Origin: Clostridia bacterium
Lineage (GTDB): Bacteria; Bacillota; Clostridia; Christensenellales; UBA1242
Direction of reading: 5' to 3'
NCBI GenBank assembly: GCA_900767715.1
Contig: CAAGAD010000005.1
Coordinates: forward strand, 793,673 to 857,672
Length of the DNA stretch: 64,000 nt
Part shown: positions 45,533 through 55,260 of the stretch, one piece after another
How the letters are laid out: each line of letters starts with the position of its first letter
Position numbering within the stretch: the first letter of the stretch is position 1
Notes under the pieces: generated by a model
Seen by the model: only the letters and a program-made list of their open reading frames with translations
Database searches by the model: none
What the model was told of the DNA's origin: nothing
Made by a program: the position numbers and the translations under genes

Positions 45533-46927
45533 CTATTTGTCATCTTCTTTTTTCTTTGGTTTGTCAGCGGATTCGTAAACGCCAATGTGGTTGACTACGA
45601 ATTTGTTTTCGTCATCGCGTTCATTGAGATTTACATTGTATAGATAGGTTGAAATGCCGTTGTCGTTGGTGTGTTCGAGCAACATGTAAATGTTGTTTAC
45701 CGAGCCGTTGTAAGTGGTTTGCACGTCGATGTGTGCGCTGTCGAATGTGGCAGTCATATCGCCCGAATATAGAATGTCAACTGTCTTTTCACTGCCTTTA
45801 ATGTTGATACGACTAAAACGATTGTTGTTGCTGTCTTTGTAATAGATGTGTCCGCTAGCGATTGAGATGATTGTAGCATTTTCTACAACAGTCTGCTCGC
45901 TAGTACTGCCGTCTTCAAGGAAGTAAACATTGTTGTCGCGCACCACGATAAGACCGGTTACGCTGTTTGAATTGTCGTTGACAAGATAGTAAACGTTAGA
46001 ATAGTTGTAACTGGTTGCTTTGTTAGCAAGAATGTATGCGCTAGTAATGGTTTGACCATTTGCTAGGTCGCTAAGGCTAATTTTGTAAATGTAATTGCCT
46101 AGACCAACGTATGCATATTTACTTGTTACGCCTTTTGCTGTCCAACTGTCGCCGGTCATTGCAATGATTTCAGTTTTGTTTGTCTTGGCGTTTAGGCGCA
46201 TAAGTTTGTTGCCCGCGTCAACGTTGTCGTCGTCAGCAAGCGAACGTGTGTAGAAGATGTTGGCATAAGAATCGTTTTTCATTTGGTTGCCAACCACTTC
46301 AGGAAGTGCCACGCTAGTAACATCGGTGTCAATGGTTGTCGCGCCGTCAGTTGTGACATTGATAAGTTTCGAGTCGTCGAGCAAGATTAGGTTTACACGA
46401 CTGCCGTCGTAATAATAGTTGTATTGTACGCTATCCGTTGAACTGGTGTAGAGTGTGGTTTGCTTTTTGCCGTCAAGACGTATTCTGCAAAACTTGATAA
46501 GCGTATTCGCCACACTGCCACCGTCGCTGTTTAGGTTGGTGCAAGGAGTAGTGTAATAGAGATAATCTCCATAAATGCGCAAGTCAGTTTTTTCAAAGCC
46601 GACAATGTTGCCCACCATACGCTTGTTGTATGTCGCGTTGCCCTTGGCATCAGTTACAATGTTGCCGTTGTCGTCAACTTTTGCAACATACAAGCCACTG
46701 CGAACGTAATCATCTTTTTTGCGATTGTCTTTGGTGATTGTGGTGCTGGCGTTATAGCCGTTCACATAGTATAGATAATTGCCCTTTTGCACAGCAAGTC
46801 CGCCGTTGCCGATGATTTCAGCATTGCTGTCTGGCGTCTTGATATCGCCCGTGCAGGCAACCAAGCATAGCCCCATACAGCACAAAATGGCAAATGTTAA
46901 GATTTTTTTGAATAGTTTGTTTTTCAC
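45533..46927 (-). CDS. lipoprotein, probably beta-propeller-like (DUF5050-like repeats)
   Basis: GTG start after GGGAGAAG. Lipobox CLVAC. Recurrent G-x-Y-L-Y-Y motifs (GNYLYYVNGY, GDYLYYTTP, GHIYYKD). Confidence 0.7.
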   Translation of the reverse strand: MKNKLFKKILTFAILCCMGLCLVACTGDIKTPDSNAEIIGNGGLAVQKGNYLYYVNGYNASTTITKDNRKKDDYVRSGLYVAKVDDNGNIVTDAKGNATYNKRMVGNIVGFEKTDLRIYGDYLYYTTPCTNLNSDGGSVANTLIKFCRIRLDGKKQTTLYTSSTDSVQYNYYYDGSRVNLILLDDSKLINVTTDGATTIDTDVTSVALPEVVGNQMKNDSYANIFYTRSLADDDNVDAGNKLMRLNAKTNKTEIIAMTGDSWTAKGVTSKYAYVGLGNYIYKISLSDLANGQTITSAYILANKATSYNYSNVYYLVNDNSNSVTGLIVVRDNNVYFLEDGSTSEQTVVENATIISIASGHIYYKDSNNNRFSRINIKGSEKTVDILYSGDMTATFDSAHIDVQTTYNGSVNNIYMLLEHTNDNGISTYLYNVNLNERDDENKFVVNHIGVYESADKPKKKEDDK

Positions 46928-47212
46928 GTTGCTTCTCCCAAAATTTCGTTTTGCTAGTTTGATTAGATGTGTTTTGAATAATTATTGCCAAAAGCGTATT
47001 CGCTAACAATAATTTTTGCCAAAAACTAGCAATTACATTTAGTCAACAAAAATATTACCAAACTAAAGCAAATTTGTCAATTAAATATAAATATCTGCAT
47101 ATAAATAAAAGTACAGGTTTAGCAATATTGCTTCAAAATAAGACAAAATTTGACTGCTTTGTTTATGCTAAAATGTTTGTAGAACAAAACGAAAGTGAAT
47201 TTAGGAGAAATT

Positions 47213-48346
47213 ATGTCAAAAACATTGTTGCTTTCGCCCGAAAAAACTGTCAGCCAGTATGCAAATATGCCACGTGGTATACTCACGATTGACGGCAACG
47301 CGAGAAGCCTTAATGGAAAGTTGAGAACATACAATCTAACAATCAGCCCGAACGAAACTGTGGTCGGGGTGTATTTTAATGGTGTGGTGTATAAAGCCGG
47401 CATTCACCCGGTCGAGCGCGGGGCGTATTCGTTTAGCCTAACGGGCGATTACGCCGACCTAAGCGACATCTATTTTGCATTCATCTACAAAAATCAGGTC
47501 TTGTTGTGCGGTGGAACGTATAGCGACTGCATAGCGGACATCAAAGAGCAGATTTTTGATGAAAAGCCAGCACCTGCTAGCGCGCAATCCATCACGAACG
47601 ACACCGATGACTACGAAACGGTGGCGGAAGAGGACATAAACGACTTCTTTATGCAAGCGGACACCAAACGTCGCCTTGACGACATCGAAAATATCCACAA
47701 CGACGCCGAAAATGTGGATAGTGCACCGACCTTCTCGCAGTCTATGCCATATATGGAAATGCCACTCACCGACAACGCGTTTGAAACGGCGGGCGTTTAT
47801 CCAATACAAAACGATGTAGAACTAGTAGATAACGCAAGCGTCGAAAATAAGCAGATGGTCAGCGCGACCGAACAATCTGCCGACATCACGGTGAACGCGG
47901 ATAGCGTGCCAGACGCTGACACCAGTTCGTTCGCTGAACCGAATTTGGCAACAAATGAAAATGTCAACCAAGACGATAGCCAAACCACGAGCAGTAGAAC
48001 ATTCGCCGGCGACTTCTTTGCCAACATCAGTGACCAACTCGACGAACTTCTCGGCAGTTATCCGCTTGACGAAGAACTCAATGCAATCGTGCCAGACGCA
48101 AAGTTTGTAAAGATTGCCGACAGTGAAACGGGCGAGAGTTACGTTTTGGGCGTGATAAACCAGAACGGTGCACCGCGCTATCTAGCGTACGGTATTCCGT
48201 CAACCTATGACAGCGAGCCACCAGAGTCGATGAAAGGAAAATGTCAATGGTTACCAACTGACCTAACAGACCCATTAAGCGACGGCTATTACATCATCTA
48301 TCAAGATACGCAAACGGGCAATCTAATTAATATAGATATAGTATAA
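47213..48346 (+). CDS. hypothetical acidic protein (377 aa)
   Basis: AGGAGA RBS before the ATG at 47213; the track ORF starts at a GTG at 47195. Structured N- and C-terminal parts flank a D/E/N/T-rich linker. Confidence 0.7.
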   Translation: MSKTLLLSPEKTVSQYANMPRGILTIDGNARSLNGKLRTYNLTISPNETVVGVYFNGVVYKAGIHPVERGAYSFSLTGDYADLSDIYFAFIYKNQVLLCGGTYSDCIADIKEQIFDEKPAPASAQSITNDTDDYETVAEEDINDFFMQADTKRRLDDIENIHNDAENVDSAPTFSQSMPYMEMPLTDNAFETAGVYPIQNDVELVDNASVENKQMVSATEQSADITVNADSVPDADTSSFAEPNLATNENVNQDDSQTTSSRTFAGDFFANISDQLDELLGSYPLDEELNAIVPDAKFVKIADSETGESYVLGVINQNGAPRYLAYGIPSTYDSEPPESMKGKCQWLPTDLTDPLSDGYYIIYQDTQTGNLINIDIV

Positions 48347-48432
48347 TCTATGTAATATTGCTTTGTTCATTTCATTCACAAAAATATAATTTGCATAGTC
48401 CACAGCAGGTCAAAACAACATCGTAACAAATT

Positions 48433-48462
48433 AAAAAAGTTTCGCCATGGCGAACTTTTTTT
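48433..48462 (+). terminator. rho-independent terminator
   Basis: AAGTTTCGCCAT/ATGGCGAACTT palindrome (one bulge) flanked by A- and T-runs. Confidence 0.65.
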
Positions 48463-48513
48463 GCATAAAAATCTACAACCCGCACACACTAAAATCGGTT
48501 AAAAGGAGAAATT

Positions 48514-48660
48514 ATGAAATACAAACCAGGCGAAACTTGCCCAATGAATTGCAACTGCGCAATGTATGACAAGAATGGCAAAAAGATTAATGAAATAAAT
48601 ATGAAAAAGGGCGATAGTTTCCCACCAACTCCAAAAGACGGTGGCTATTACGAAATCTAG
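48514..48660 (+). CDS. small protein (48 aa), YjzC-like
   Basis: Absent from the ORF track because it is under 60 aa. AAGGAG RBS 6 nt before the ATG. Translates to MKYKPGETCPMNCNCAMYDKNGKKINEINMKKGDSFPPTPKDGGYYEI. The KPG...GD.FPPT pattern resembles the YjzC family as I recall it. A terminator follows. Confidence 0.55.
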   Translation: MKYKPGETCPMNCNCAMYDKNGKKINEINMKKGDSFPPTPKDGGYYEI

Positions 48661-48693
48661 TTTGGTTGATTTTTAGATTAGACAAACTACAAC

Positions 48694-48726
48694 AAAAAAA
48701 TACTGCGACAAACGCAGTATTTTTTG
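48694..48726. terminator. bidirectional terminator
   Basis: A-run, ATACTGCG-ACAAA-CGCAGTAT, T-run. Confidence 0.7.
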
Positions 48727-48728
48727 TA

Positions 48729-49406
48729 TTACATTTCGCTCTTTTTCTTGCGACCGCGTTTCTTTGGTGGTTCGCTAGATTTTGTGCTAGATTTAGCAGT
48801 CGCCTTAGCAGGAGTTTTTGTCACCTTCTTGGCTGTTTTTTTAGGTTTGACAGGCTCGAAGTTGTCCTCATCATCGTCATCATCGTCTTCTTCATCATCA
48901 TCGTCATCGTCGTCATCATCTTCGTCGTCGAAATTGCCCATATCGTCATCATCGTCAATGTCGATGTCAATGTCAAGGTCGTCATCATCGTCGTCAAGGC
49001 TCAAATCGTCAAGGTCTTTTTCAAGGTCCTCGCCGAATTCGAAGTCGTCGTCAGCCGATACTTTATTGTCGTCGTCTTCCACGTCGCCATAACCGTCGTA
49101 TTCGTCGTCGTCCTCTTCTTCGTCGTCAGCGACATATTTGTGCCAGTTTTCAGTGTCTTCTTCGTCCTCGCCCTCGTCCATAAACTTGATTCCACGTTCA
49201 GCCTTGCAACTAGCGCAAATCTCTTCGTCGCCTTGGACGAAGTTTGTCTTACAGATAGGACAGAGTTCCAAATCGGTGATGTCGTCCTCGTCAGGTACGA
49301 TTAGACCCAACTCGCGTTTGCAAACATTACAATATTTTTCCGATTTTGGAATGTAGTTAAGGTCGCAACGCGGACATTTTACGTATTGAATAGGTTTTTT
49401 AGCCAT
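48729..49406 (-). CDS. double zinc-ribbon protein with a ~130-aa poly-Asp/Glu tract and a basic Lys-rich tail
   Basis: GAAGGAG RBS before the ATG at 49406. CPRC..CNVC and CPIC..CASC pairs, then D/E runs, then a KKTAKKVTK...KKRGRKKK end. The plus-strand ORFs here are mirror images of the low-complexity sequence. Confidence 0.75.
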   Translation of the reverse strand: MAKKPIQYVKCPRCDLNYIPKSEKYCNVCKRELGLIVPDEDDITDLELCPICKTNFVQGDEEICASCKAERGIKFMDEGEDEEDTENWHKYVADDEEEDDDEYDGYGDVEDDDNKVSADDDFEFGEDLEKDLDDLSLDDDDDDLDIDIDIDDDDDMGNFDDEDDDDDDDDDEEDDDDDDEDNFEPVKPKKTAKKVTKTPAKATAKSSTKSSEPPKKRGRKKKSEM

Positions 49407-49487
49407 AGGTACTCCTTCATTTTCGAGTACATTATATTTTTTTTGAATGTATTTGTCTAGCATTTATATTATCTTTTTTAGATAAAT

Positions 49488-50252
49488 TTATGCGCCTTCA
49501 ATCAACATCTTGTCAGCAACTAGGGCGATGAATTCGCCGTTGGTTGGCTTTTCAGTGCTACTGTAAACCTTTATGCCGAATAGATTATTGATGTTTTCAA
49601 TCTTTCCACGGTTCCAAGCCACTTCGATGGCGTGACGAATGGCACGCTCAACCTTGCTGGAACTGGTGTTGTATTTATCTGCAATAGACGGATAAAGTTT
49701 TTTGGTGATATTGTTAATCATATCTGGCGATTTGATTGCCAGTTTAATGGCTTCACGCAAAAATTGATAACCCTTTATATGTGCTGGAATGCCCACAGTA
49801 ATGAAGATATTGCTGAGTTTTTCCTCCAAAACATTGGTCTTTTTGTTTGGTGCAAGGTCGTCTTGCGCATACATAACATTTTCATTGTGATTGCTAGCAA
49901 TCATTTCGTTCACACGTTCGTTGAGAAGTTTCAAATCGAATGGTTTGATGCAATAATATTTCGCGCCCAAACTGAGTGCTTTATTGATAAATCCGTCGAG
50001 TGCAAGTGCGGAATGCACGATAATAAGTGGATTAAGGTTTTCTTCACGCAATTTTTCCAATACTACAAAGCCGTCATAGTTAGACAAGACAATGTCCATA
50101 ATAACCACGTCAGGTTTTTTCTCTTTTACAATATTAAATAGTTCATCTCCTTGACTCGTACTAGAAACAATGTCAAAATCTTTTGCAAATTGTTGCATCA
50201 TATTATTTAAAGTTGATGCGTTTTCTTCGGCAATAACTAATGTCGGCTTCAT
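49488..50252 (-). CDS. spo0A: sporulation master regulator Spo0A
   Basis: Receiver domain (VVIMDIVLSNYDG) plus the Spo0A-specific C-terminus (GIPAHIKGYQFLREAI...SKVERAIRHAIEVAW...KPTNGEFIA). GGAGGAG RBS before the ATG at 50252; the track ORF is extended upstream. Confidence 0.92.
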   Translation of the reverse strand: MKPTLVIAEENASTLNNMMQQFAKDFDIVSSTSQGDELFNIVKEKKPDVVIMDIVLSNYDGFVVLEKLREENLNPLIIVHSALALDGFINKALSLGAKYYCIKPFDLKLLNERVNEMIASNHNENVMYAQDDLAPNKKTNVLEEKLSNIFITVGIPAHIKGYQFLREAIKLAIKSPDMINNITKKLYPSIADKYNTSSSKVERAIRHAIEVAWNRGKIENINNLFGIKVYSSTEKPTNGEFIALVADKMLIEGA

Positions 50253-50270
50253 TTTATTCTTCTCCTCCAA

Positions 50271-50277
50271 TGTCGAA
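50271..50277 (+). promoter_or_regulatory. candidate 0A box (TGTCGAA) in the spo0A upstream region
   Basis: Exact TGTCGAA just upstream of the spo0A RBS. A near-copy AGTCGAA lies at 50373-50379. Confidence 0.35.
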
Positions 50278-50509
50278 CATTTCAAAGATACCACAAACTG
50301 TAATTTGAACCAAAAAGAAAAACCCATTATTTTGGTAAAAACTGGCAAAAAACATCTAAAATTCAAAATCAAAGTCGAAATCGGTAGTGCATTGTTGAAA
50401 ATAAGTTGAAAAAATAAATTTTTGTATGTTATTTTGTTTCCTATTTAATATAAAAAATCGTTCTATTTAAGATTTTGACGAATATATTATACTAAAAGTT
50501 GGAGGACTT

Positions 50510-52018
50510 ATGGAAGAAAATAAAACCGAATGTTTGGTTGTGAGTGCTATGCAGGACTTGGGTCGCGTGGAGTTCGACACGAGTTTTGGTTTGCAAGTGG
50601 AGGACGGGGTAACGATAGACCGTGTTGTTTGCGCGCAGTCCTATCTCACTGACACAAAAATCGAAACATTGGATAAAAAGGCGGTATACTCGGGCAAAAT
50701 CACCACCAAAATCGTGTTTAAAGATAGCGAAGGCTTGTATATCACGGCAGTGGGCAACTCGCTGTTTAGCCACAGTTTCACCAATCTGCAAATGCTTGAC
50801 AACGGCAGACTCGTTGCGCGTGATGAGTGCACGACTACCGATGTTGCTATGGAAAATGGTCAGTTCAATGTGAAAGTGTCTATCGGGGCAACGGTCGTGG
50901 AGTATGCCAAGCAAAATCATTGCGTAGTGTCGCAGACGGCGGACGACATTCATTGCAAAAAGCAAGATGTCACTCTTATGCATACCGAGCAAGACATTGA
51001 CGGCAACTTCAATGCCGAGTGCGAGATTGATGTTAAGGGCACAATCACCAAGATTTTGTCTAGCGAACTAAATTTCGTGCAGACCGATGTGTGCGCTTTG
51101 GAAAACGCCATTTCAATCACGGGCAAACTCAATGCTCAAGTCATCTATACAGTGGACACCGAAGACGGCTCAAAAGTTTGCTGTGTGGCAGATAGTTGCA
51201 CTATCAAGGGCGAAATCGAAGCCAACAATATAGACATGGAAAGCGTTTTGGACGTCTATTCGTGCGTGGACGCCAGCAAGACGGTCATCAATACCACGCT
51301 GAATGAAACCAATACTGTCTTGAACATTGAAACCAACATTGTGGTCAACGGCGTGGCATACAAAATGGTAACAATGCCAACCGTAGTTGACGCGTACAGC
51401 ACCAAAACCAACTTGCGCACCAAGGTGGAAGAGAAACAACTGTTGTATATGAAGCGTATGGACTGTTTCGACGAAGCCATTATGGGTGAAGTGAAAATCG
51501 AAGGCAGTGCGCCAGATGAGATTTTGGCTGTAAACAATAATAATGTAATCATCACCAAGACGAATTGCGTCCGCGGAAAACTCGTTATCGAAGGTCTGGT
51601 TGAAGGTCGAGTGCTTTACCGCGCGGAAGACGGCTCGGTGCAAAACGTGGGCTATGCCGAACCATTCCAGTTTGAGCAAGATTGCGACGACCTAGCGTGT
51701 GCCAACGCTCAAATACACGCCGTGGTGAATAGCGTTCGTGCAAAGATACGCCGTAGCGACCTAATCAGTGTGGAAATCGGGCTGTCAATCTGTGGAACTA
51801 TATATTATTATGAATCTAGATATTTGATGACCGAGATTGAAAAGGGTGATGACCTAAACTTTGGCAAAGCAACCTATCAAATCTATTTCGCCAATGCCAA
51901 CGAAGATATGTGGGACGTGTGCAAACGCCTTAAAGTTGACGCTGACGACCTTATGAGATTGAATCCAACGTTGAATGGCAATTTCAAGGGTGGCGAGAGA
52001 ATATTTGTTCAAAGATAA
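50510..52018 (+). CDS. DUF3794-repeat protein with C-terminal LysM; SipL-like spore-coat morphogenetic protein
   Basis: GGAGGA RBS. 502 aa. C-terminal LysM-like YQIYFANANEDMWDVCKRLKVDADDLMRLNP. The size and architecture match my recollection of C. difficile SipL. Confidence 0.6.
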   Translation: MEENKTECLVVSAMQDLGRVEFDTSFGLQVEDGVTIDRVVCAQSYLTDTKIETLDKKAVYSGKITTKIVFKDSEGLYITAVGNSLFSHSFTNLQMLDNGRLVARDECTTTDVAMENGQFNVKVSIGATVVEYAKQNHCVVSQTADDIHCKKQDVTLMHTEQDIDGNFNAECEIDVKGTITKILSSELNFVQTDVCALENAISITGKLNAQVIYTVDTEDGSKVCCVADSCTIKGEIEANNIDMESVLDVYSCVDASKTVINTTLNETNTVLNIETNIVVNGVAYKMVTMPTVVDAYSTKTNLRTKVEEKQLLYMKRMDCFDEAIMGEVKIEGSAPDEILAVNNNNVIITKTNCVRGKLVIEGLVEGRVLYRAEDGSVQNVGYAEPFQFEQDCDDLACANAQIHAVVNSVRAKIRRSDLISVEIGLSICGTIYYYESRYLMTEIEKGDDLNFGKATYQIYFANANEDMWDVCKRLKVDADDLMRLNPTLNGNFKGGERIFVQR

Positions 52019-52037
52019 CTCAAAACACGACAAAAAA

Positions 52038-52063
52038 ACGCAGTATTAGCCTGCGTTTTTTTT
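52038..52063 (+). terminator. rho-independent terminator
   Basis: ACGCAG-N7-CTGCGT followed by T8. Confidence 0.7.
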
Positions 52064-52096
52064 GAGCCTTGGCAAGACTTGTGTTAGGAGTTTTTT

Positions 52097-52633
52097 ATGA
52101 AAATATTTAAGATTGTCACTTTCTCAATCCTTGCAGGTATTGCCTTGCTTGCCTTTTTGCCAGACGACAATACGTCCAGCGCCGAGAACGAATATTTGCG
52201 CATACATATTAGAGCCAACAGCAACCTTGACGCCGACCAAAACGTGAAATACGCTGTAAAAGACGGTGTGGTTGATTTACTTACACCATATCTTGTGGAC
52301 GCCACTAGTAAGGAAAAGGCGATTGACATCATTTCCAGTTTGACCGACGAGATTGAGAGTGTGTGCAATCAGTTGCTTCGCGAATACGGTTATGACTACA
52401 CCGCCAAAGCCAGCATAAGAAATGAAGAGTTCCCAACGCGCGCCTATGATGACTTTGTTTTGGACGCTGGCTTTTATGACGCGCTTATCATCGAACTAGG
52501 CACGGGCGAAGGCAATAATTGGTGGTGCGTTGTCTATCCGCCTTTGTGCTTTGTGAATAAATTTGACAATTCTATTCAAAATATAAAGTATAAATCTAAA
52601 TTGTTAGAAATTATCGACAGATTTTTTGGATAG
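52097..52633 (+). CDS. spoIIR: stage II sporulation protein R
   Basis: LRIHIRANSN, DQ..KY.VKD and NNWWCVVYPPLCF motifs. N-terminal signal anchor. 178 aa. Confidence 0.85.
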   Translation: MKIFKIVTFSILAGIALLAFLPDDNTSSAENEYLRIHIRANSNLDADQNVKYAVKDGVVDLLTPYLVDATSKEKAIDIISSLTDEIESVCNQLLREYGYDYTAKASIRNEEFPTRAYDDFVLDAGFYDALIIELGTGEGNNWWCVVYPPLCFVNKFDNSIQNIKYKSKLLEIIDRFFG

Positions 52634-52641
52634 GAGAATTT

Positions 52642-53526
52642 ATGAAACGAGTTTTTATCAGCATTATGGTGTCATTGTTGTTCGTTTTCGGGCTTACGAT
52701 AGCGGTCGGCAACATATTTATGCCTAATGCTATTGTGGCGCAAGCGTATTCTTACGACACCAAAACCATTCAGCAGAAATTGAAGAGTTGGGGCTATTAC
52801 AAAGGCTCGGTTGATGGCGTATATGGTGCGAAGACTCGCGAGGCGGTCAAAGCCTTTCAAAGAAAAAACGGGTTGACGGCGGACGGAGTAGTAGGGTCTG
52901 CCACAGCCAAGGCTATGGGCATCAGTTCGACCAGCACGACCACGACTTCGACCAGCACAAAGGGTGATGTGGTGAGCGTCAAAACTTATCAACAAAAACT
53001 CAAAAGTTGGGGATATTACACGGGTGCGGTTGACGGCGTGAAGGGCGCAAAAACTGTTTCAGCGGTCAAGGCTTTCCAGCGCAAGAACGGACTCACAGCG
53101 GACGGAATTGTGGGCAATGCCACTGCCAAAGCAATGGGAATATCTGTGAGAGCGGGCACAAACAGTAGTTATACAAATAATGATACATATCTATTAGCCA
53201 AAGCGGTTTACAGTGAAGCGCGTGGAGAACCATACGTCGGTCAAGTGGCGATTGCGGCGGTGATATTGAACCGCGTCAAGAGTAGCGCTTTTCCAAACAC
53301 TGTGGCGGGCGTAATCTATCAGCCTTGGGCATTTACCGCAGTGCACGACGGTCAGTTTGAACTAGAACCAAACGCCACGGCATACCAAGCGGCACGCGAC
53401 GCACTCAATGGTTGGGACCCAACTTATGGCAGTATTTATTATTACAATCCACGAACAGCAACAAACACGTGGATTCGCAGTCGCAAGGTGACCACCACCA
53501 TCGGCAAGCACGTGTTCGCGGTGTAG
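52642..53526 (+). CDS. sleB: spore cortex-lytic enzyme SleB (2 PG_binding_1 repeats plus a hydrolase_2 domain)
   Basis: Two copies of QQKLKSWGYY.G.VDG..GAKT..AVKAFQRKNGLTADG.VG, then LLAKAVYSEARGEPYVGQVAIAAVILNRV...PWAFTAV. Confidence 0.85.
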   Translation: MKRVFISIMVSLLFVFGLTIAVGNIFMPNAIVAQAYSYDTKTIQQKLKSWGYYKGSVDGVYGAKTREAVKAFQRKNGLTADGVVGSATAKAMGISSTSTTTTSTSTKGDVVSVKTYQQKLKSWGYYTGAVDGVKGAKTVSAVKAFQRKNGLTADGIVGNATAKAMGISVRAGTNSSYTNNDTYLLAKAVYSEARGEPYVGQVAIAAVILNRVKSSAFPNTVAGVIYQPWAFTAVHDGQFELEPNATAYQAARDALNGWDPTYGSIYYYNPRTATNTWIRSRKVTTTIGKHVFAV

Positions 53527-53534
53527 GAGGAGTT

Positions 53535-54908
53535 ATGGAAAAGAAGAAAGATAAAAAATCAACTAATCAAAACAAAATGCCTGCCAATGTAAAAAGTTTT
53601 CTCTACATTGGTTGCGTGGTGGTAGCCATACTCTTGTTGGCGTTTGGAATAAGTCTGTATCAAAATTCATTACGTATCAACAACTACCAAAACGTTTTGG
53701 AGGGCGTGTATAGGTCGAGTTATTTCAATATGGTGGATAAAGTCAATAACGTGTCAATCGACACCGACAAACTCACCAACGAAAAAGACAAGGATATGCA
53801 AATGCAGACCTTGCGTTCAATCAGCAAGGATTGTGACTCAATCGTGGCGTCGTTGTCACTTTTGTCAATCAATAGTGCCAATGTCATCGACCTAACCAAG
53901 TTTTTCAACCAACTTGGCGGTTTGGCGGACGCATACTGTGACAAACTTTACAATGGTGAGAATTTGACCGATAGCGACATCAAACAGATTGTCAAGGTCA
54001 ACGAAAGTTTGCAAAAACTCAAAAACAAAATCAATCCACATAATGAAGGAATGATTATGGGCGAGTACGATTTCAGTTCAAATAGCATTATGAAGGACGG
54101 CAAAAGTCCGTTTGCCAACTCGCTAGGCAATTTGACGGCGGACGAGATTGAATACCCGGCAATGATTTTCGACGGGCCATTCTCCACCGCATTGGAAACC
54201 AAAAAAGTCAAAGGTCTTGCGGGCGAGATGATTGATAAAGCCACCGCACAAAAAATTGTGCAAGACAAAGTGTTCGCAGGCAAAAAAGTGACAATCAAGT
54301 CAACGAGCGAAACCAACGCTGACCTAGATAGTTGGGACTTTAACGTAATCGTTGACGATCAAAAATATTTCGCCCAGATAAGCAAGCAAGGGGGAATGCT
54401 TCTCACTTTGAGTGGCGAAGCGATTTCTAGCGAACCAATGATTGACGAAAACGAAGCAAAGCAAGTGGCAGAAAAATATGCCACCGCGTTGGGCTTCGAG
54501 AATATGAAGACCGTTTGGGTTGATACATATCAAAACACCAGTTACATCAACCTTGCACCTGTTGTAGATGATTGCATTCTTTATCCAGACCTTGTTAAAG
54601 TCAAGGTGGATTTGACCAGCAAGCGCGTTATTGGTTGGGACGCACAAAATTACGCATTCAACCACACTAGCCGTTCAACCACACCGGCACTCGATGAAGC
54701 AGAAGTGCTAGCCAACCTTGAAGGCGAAAATGTAATGGCTTCAAGCCTTGCAATCATACCAATGGACGACGGCATTGAAATGCTCACTTATGAGTTCGTT
54801 AGCATTCGTGACGACGGCACATACTACATTTACTATTCAGCCGACAATGGTGCGATGATAAAAATTATGAAAGAAATAACCACAGATAAAGTTCATAAAT
54901 TAATTTAA
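53535..54908 (+). CDS. ypeB: germination protein YpeB
   Basis: GGAGGAG RBS before the ATG at 53535; the track ORF starts upstream inside sleB. N-terminal TM, PepSY-like C-terminal repeats. Canonical sleB-ypeB adjacency. Confidence 0.75.
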   Translation: MEKKKDKKSTNQNKMPANVKSFLYIGCVVVAILLLAFGISLYQNSLRINNYQNVLEGVYRSSYFNMVDKVNNVSIDTDKLTNEKDKDMQMQTLRSISKDCDSIVASLSLLSINSANVIDLTKFFNQLGGLADAYCDKLYNGENLTDSDIKQIVKVNESLQKLKNKINPHNEGMIMGEYDFSSNSIMKDGKSPFANSLGNLTADEIEYPAMIFDGPFSTALETKKVKGLAGEMIDKATAQKIVQDKVFAGKKVTIKSTSETNADLDSWDFNVIVDDQKYFAQISKQGGMLLTLSGEAISSEPMIDENEAKQVAEKYATALGFENMKTVWVDTYQNTSYINLAPVVDDCILYPDLVKVKVDLTSKRVIGWDAQNYAFNHTSRSTTPALDEAEVLANLEGENVMASSLAIIPMDDGIEMLTYEFVSIRDDGTYYIYYSADNGAMIKIMKEITTDKVHKLI

Positions 54909-55260
54909 TTAAATATTATTTAAAATAAATAATTAATTAAAAATAAATAAAAAAATATAGACACGTATTTTTAACTACAAAAATGCGTGTTTTTTAATAA
55001 AAAATGCAATAAAAAATAAATATTTCAAAAAAATATTAAATTTTAAATAATAAAAACAAATATTTAATTTAATTAAAATAAATATTAAAAAATAAATTTT
55101 AATTCAAAATAAATAAAATAAAATGCTTGTTTAGGCAAGGTTGTGAAAAAGTTGAATAAAAACTAGCAATAATTTGTCAAATAAAATTCGGCTAAAAAAA
55201 TAAAATTTTTAGATATTTTTAATTGCCTTATTAATGAAAAATATTGTATTATATAATATA
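54909..55260. other. ultra-AT-rich island V (about 12% G+C by hand count)
   Basis: I counted 42 G/C in 360 nt (54901-55260). Directly upstream of the second giant gene. Confidence 0.8.
54961..54996 (+). terminator. rho-independent terminator of ypeB
   Basis: ACACGTATTTTT-N6-AAAAATGCGTGT (one mismatch) plus a T-run. Confidence 0.6.

Noticed and set aside
48666-49304. Plus-strand ORFs of 212 aa (hydrophobic, I/V/F-rich) and 122 aa (poly-Ser).
   Set aside because: They are mirror products of the GTC/ATC triplet tract. The minus-strand frame has an RBS, zinc-ribbon motifs and a sensible terminator, so it is the real gene.
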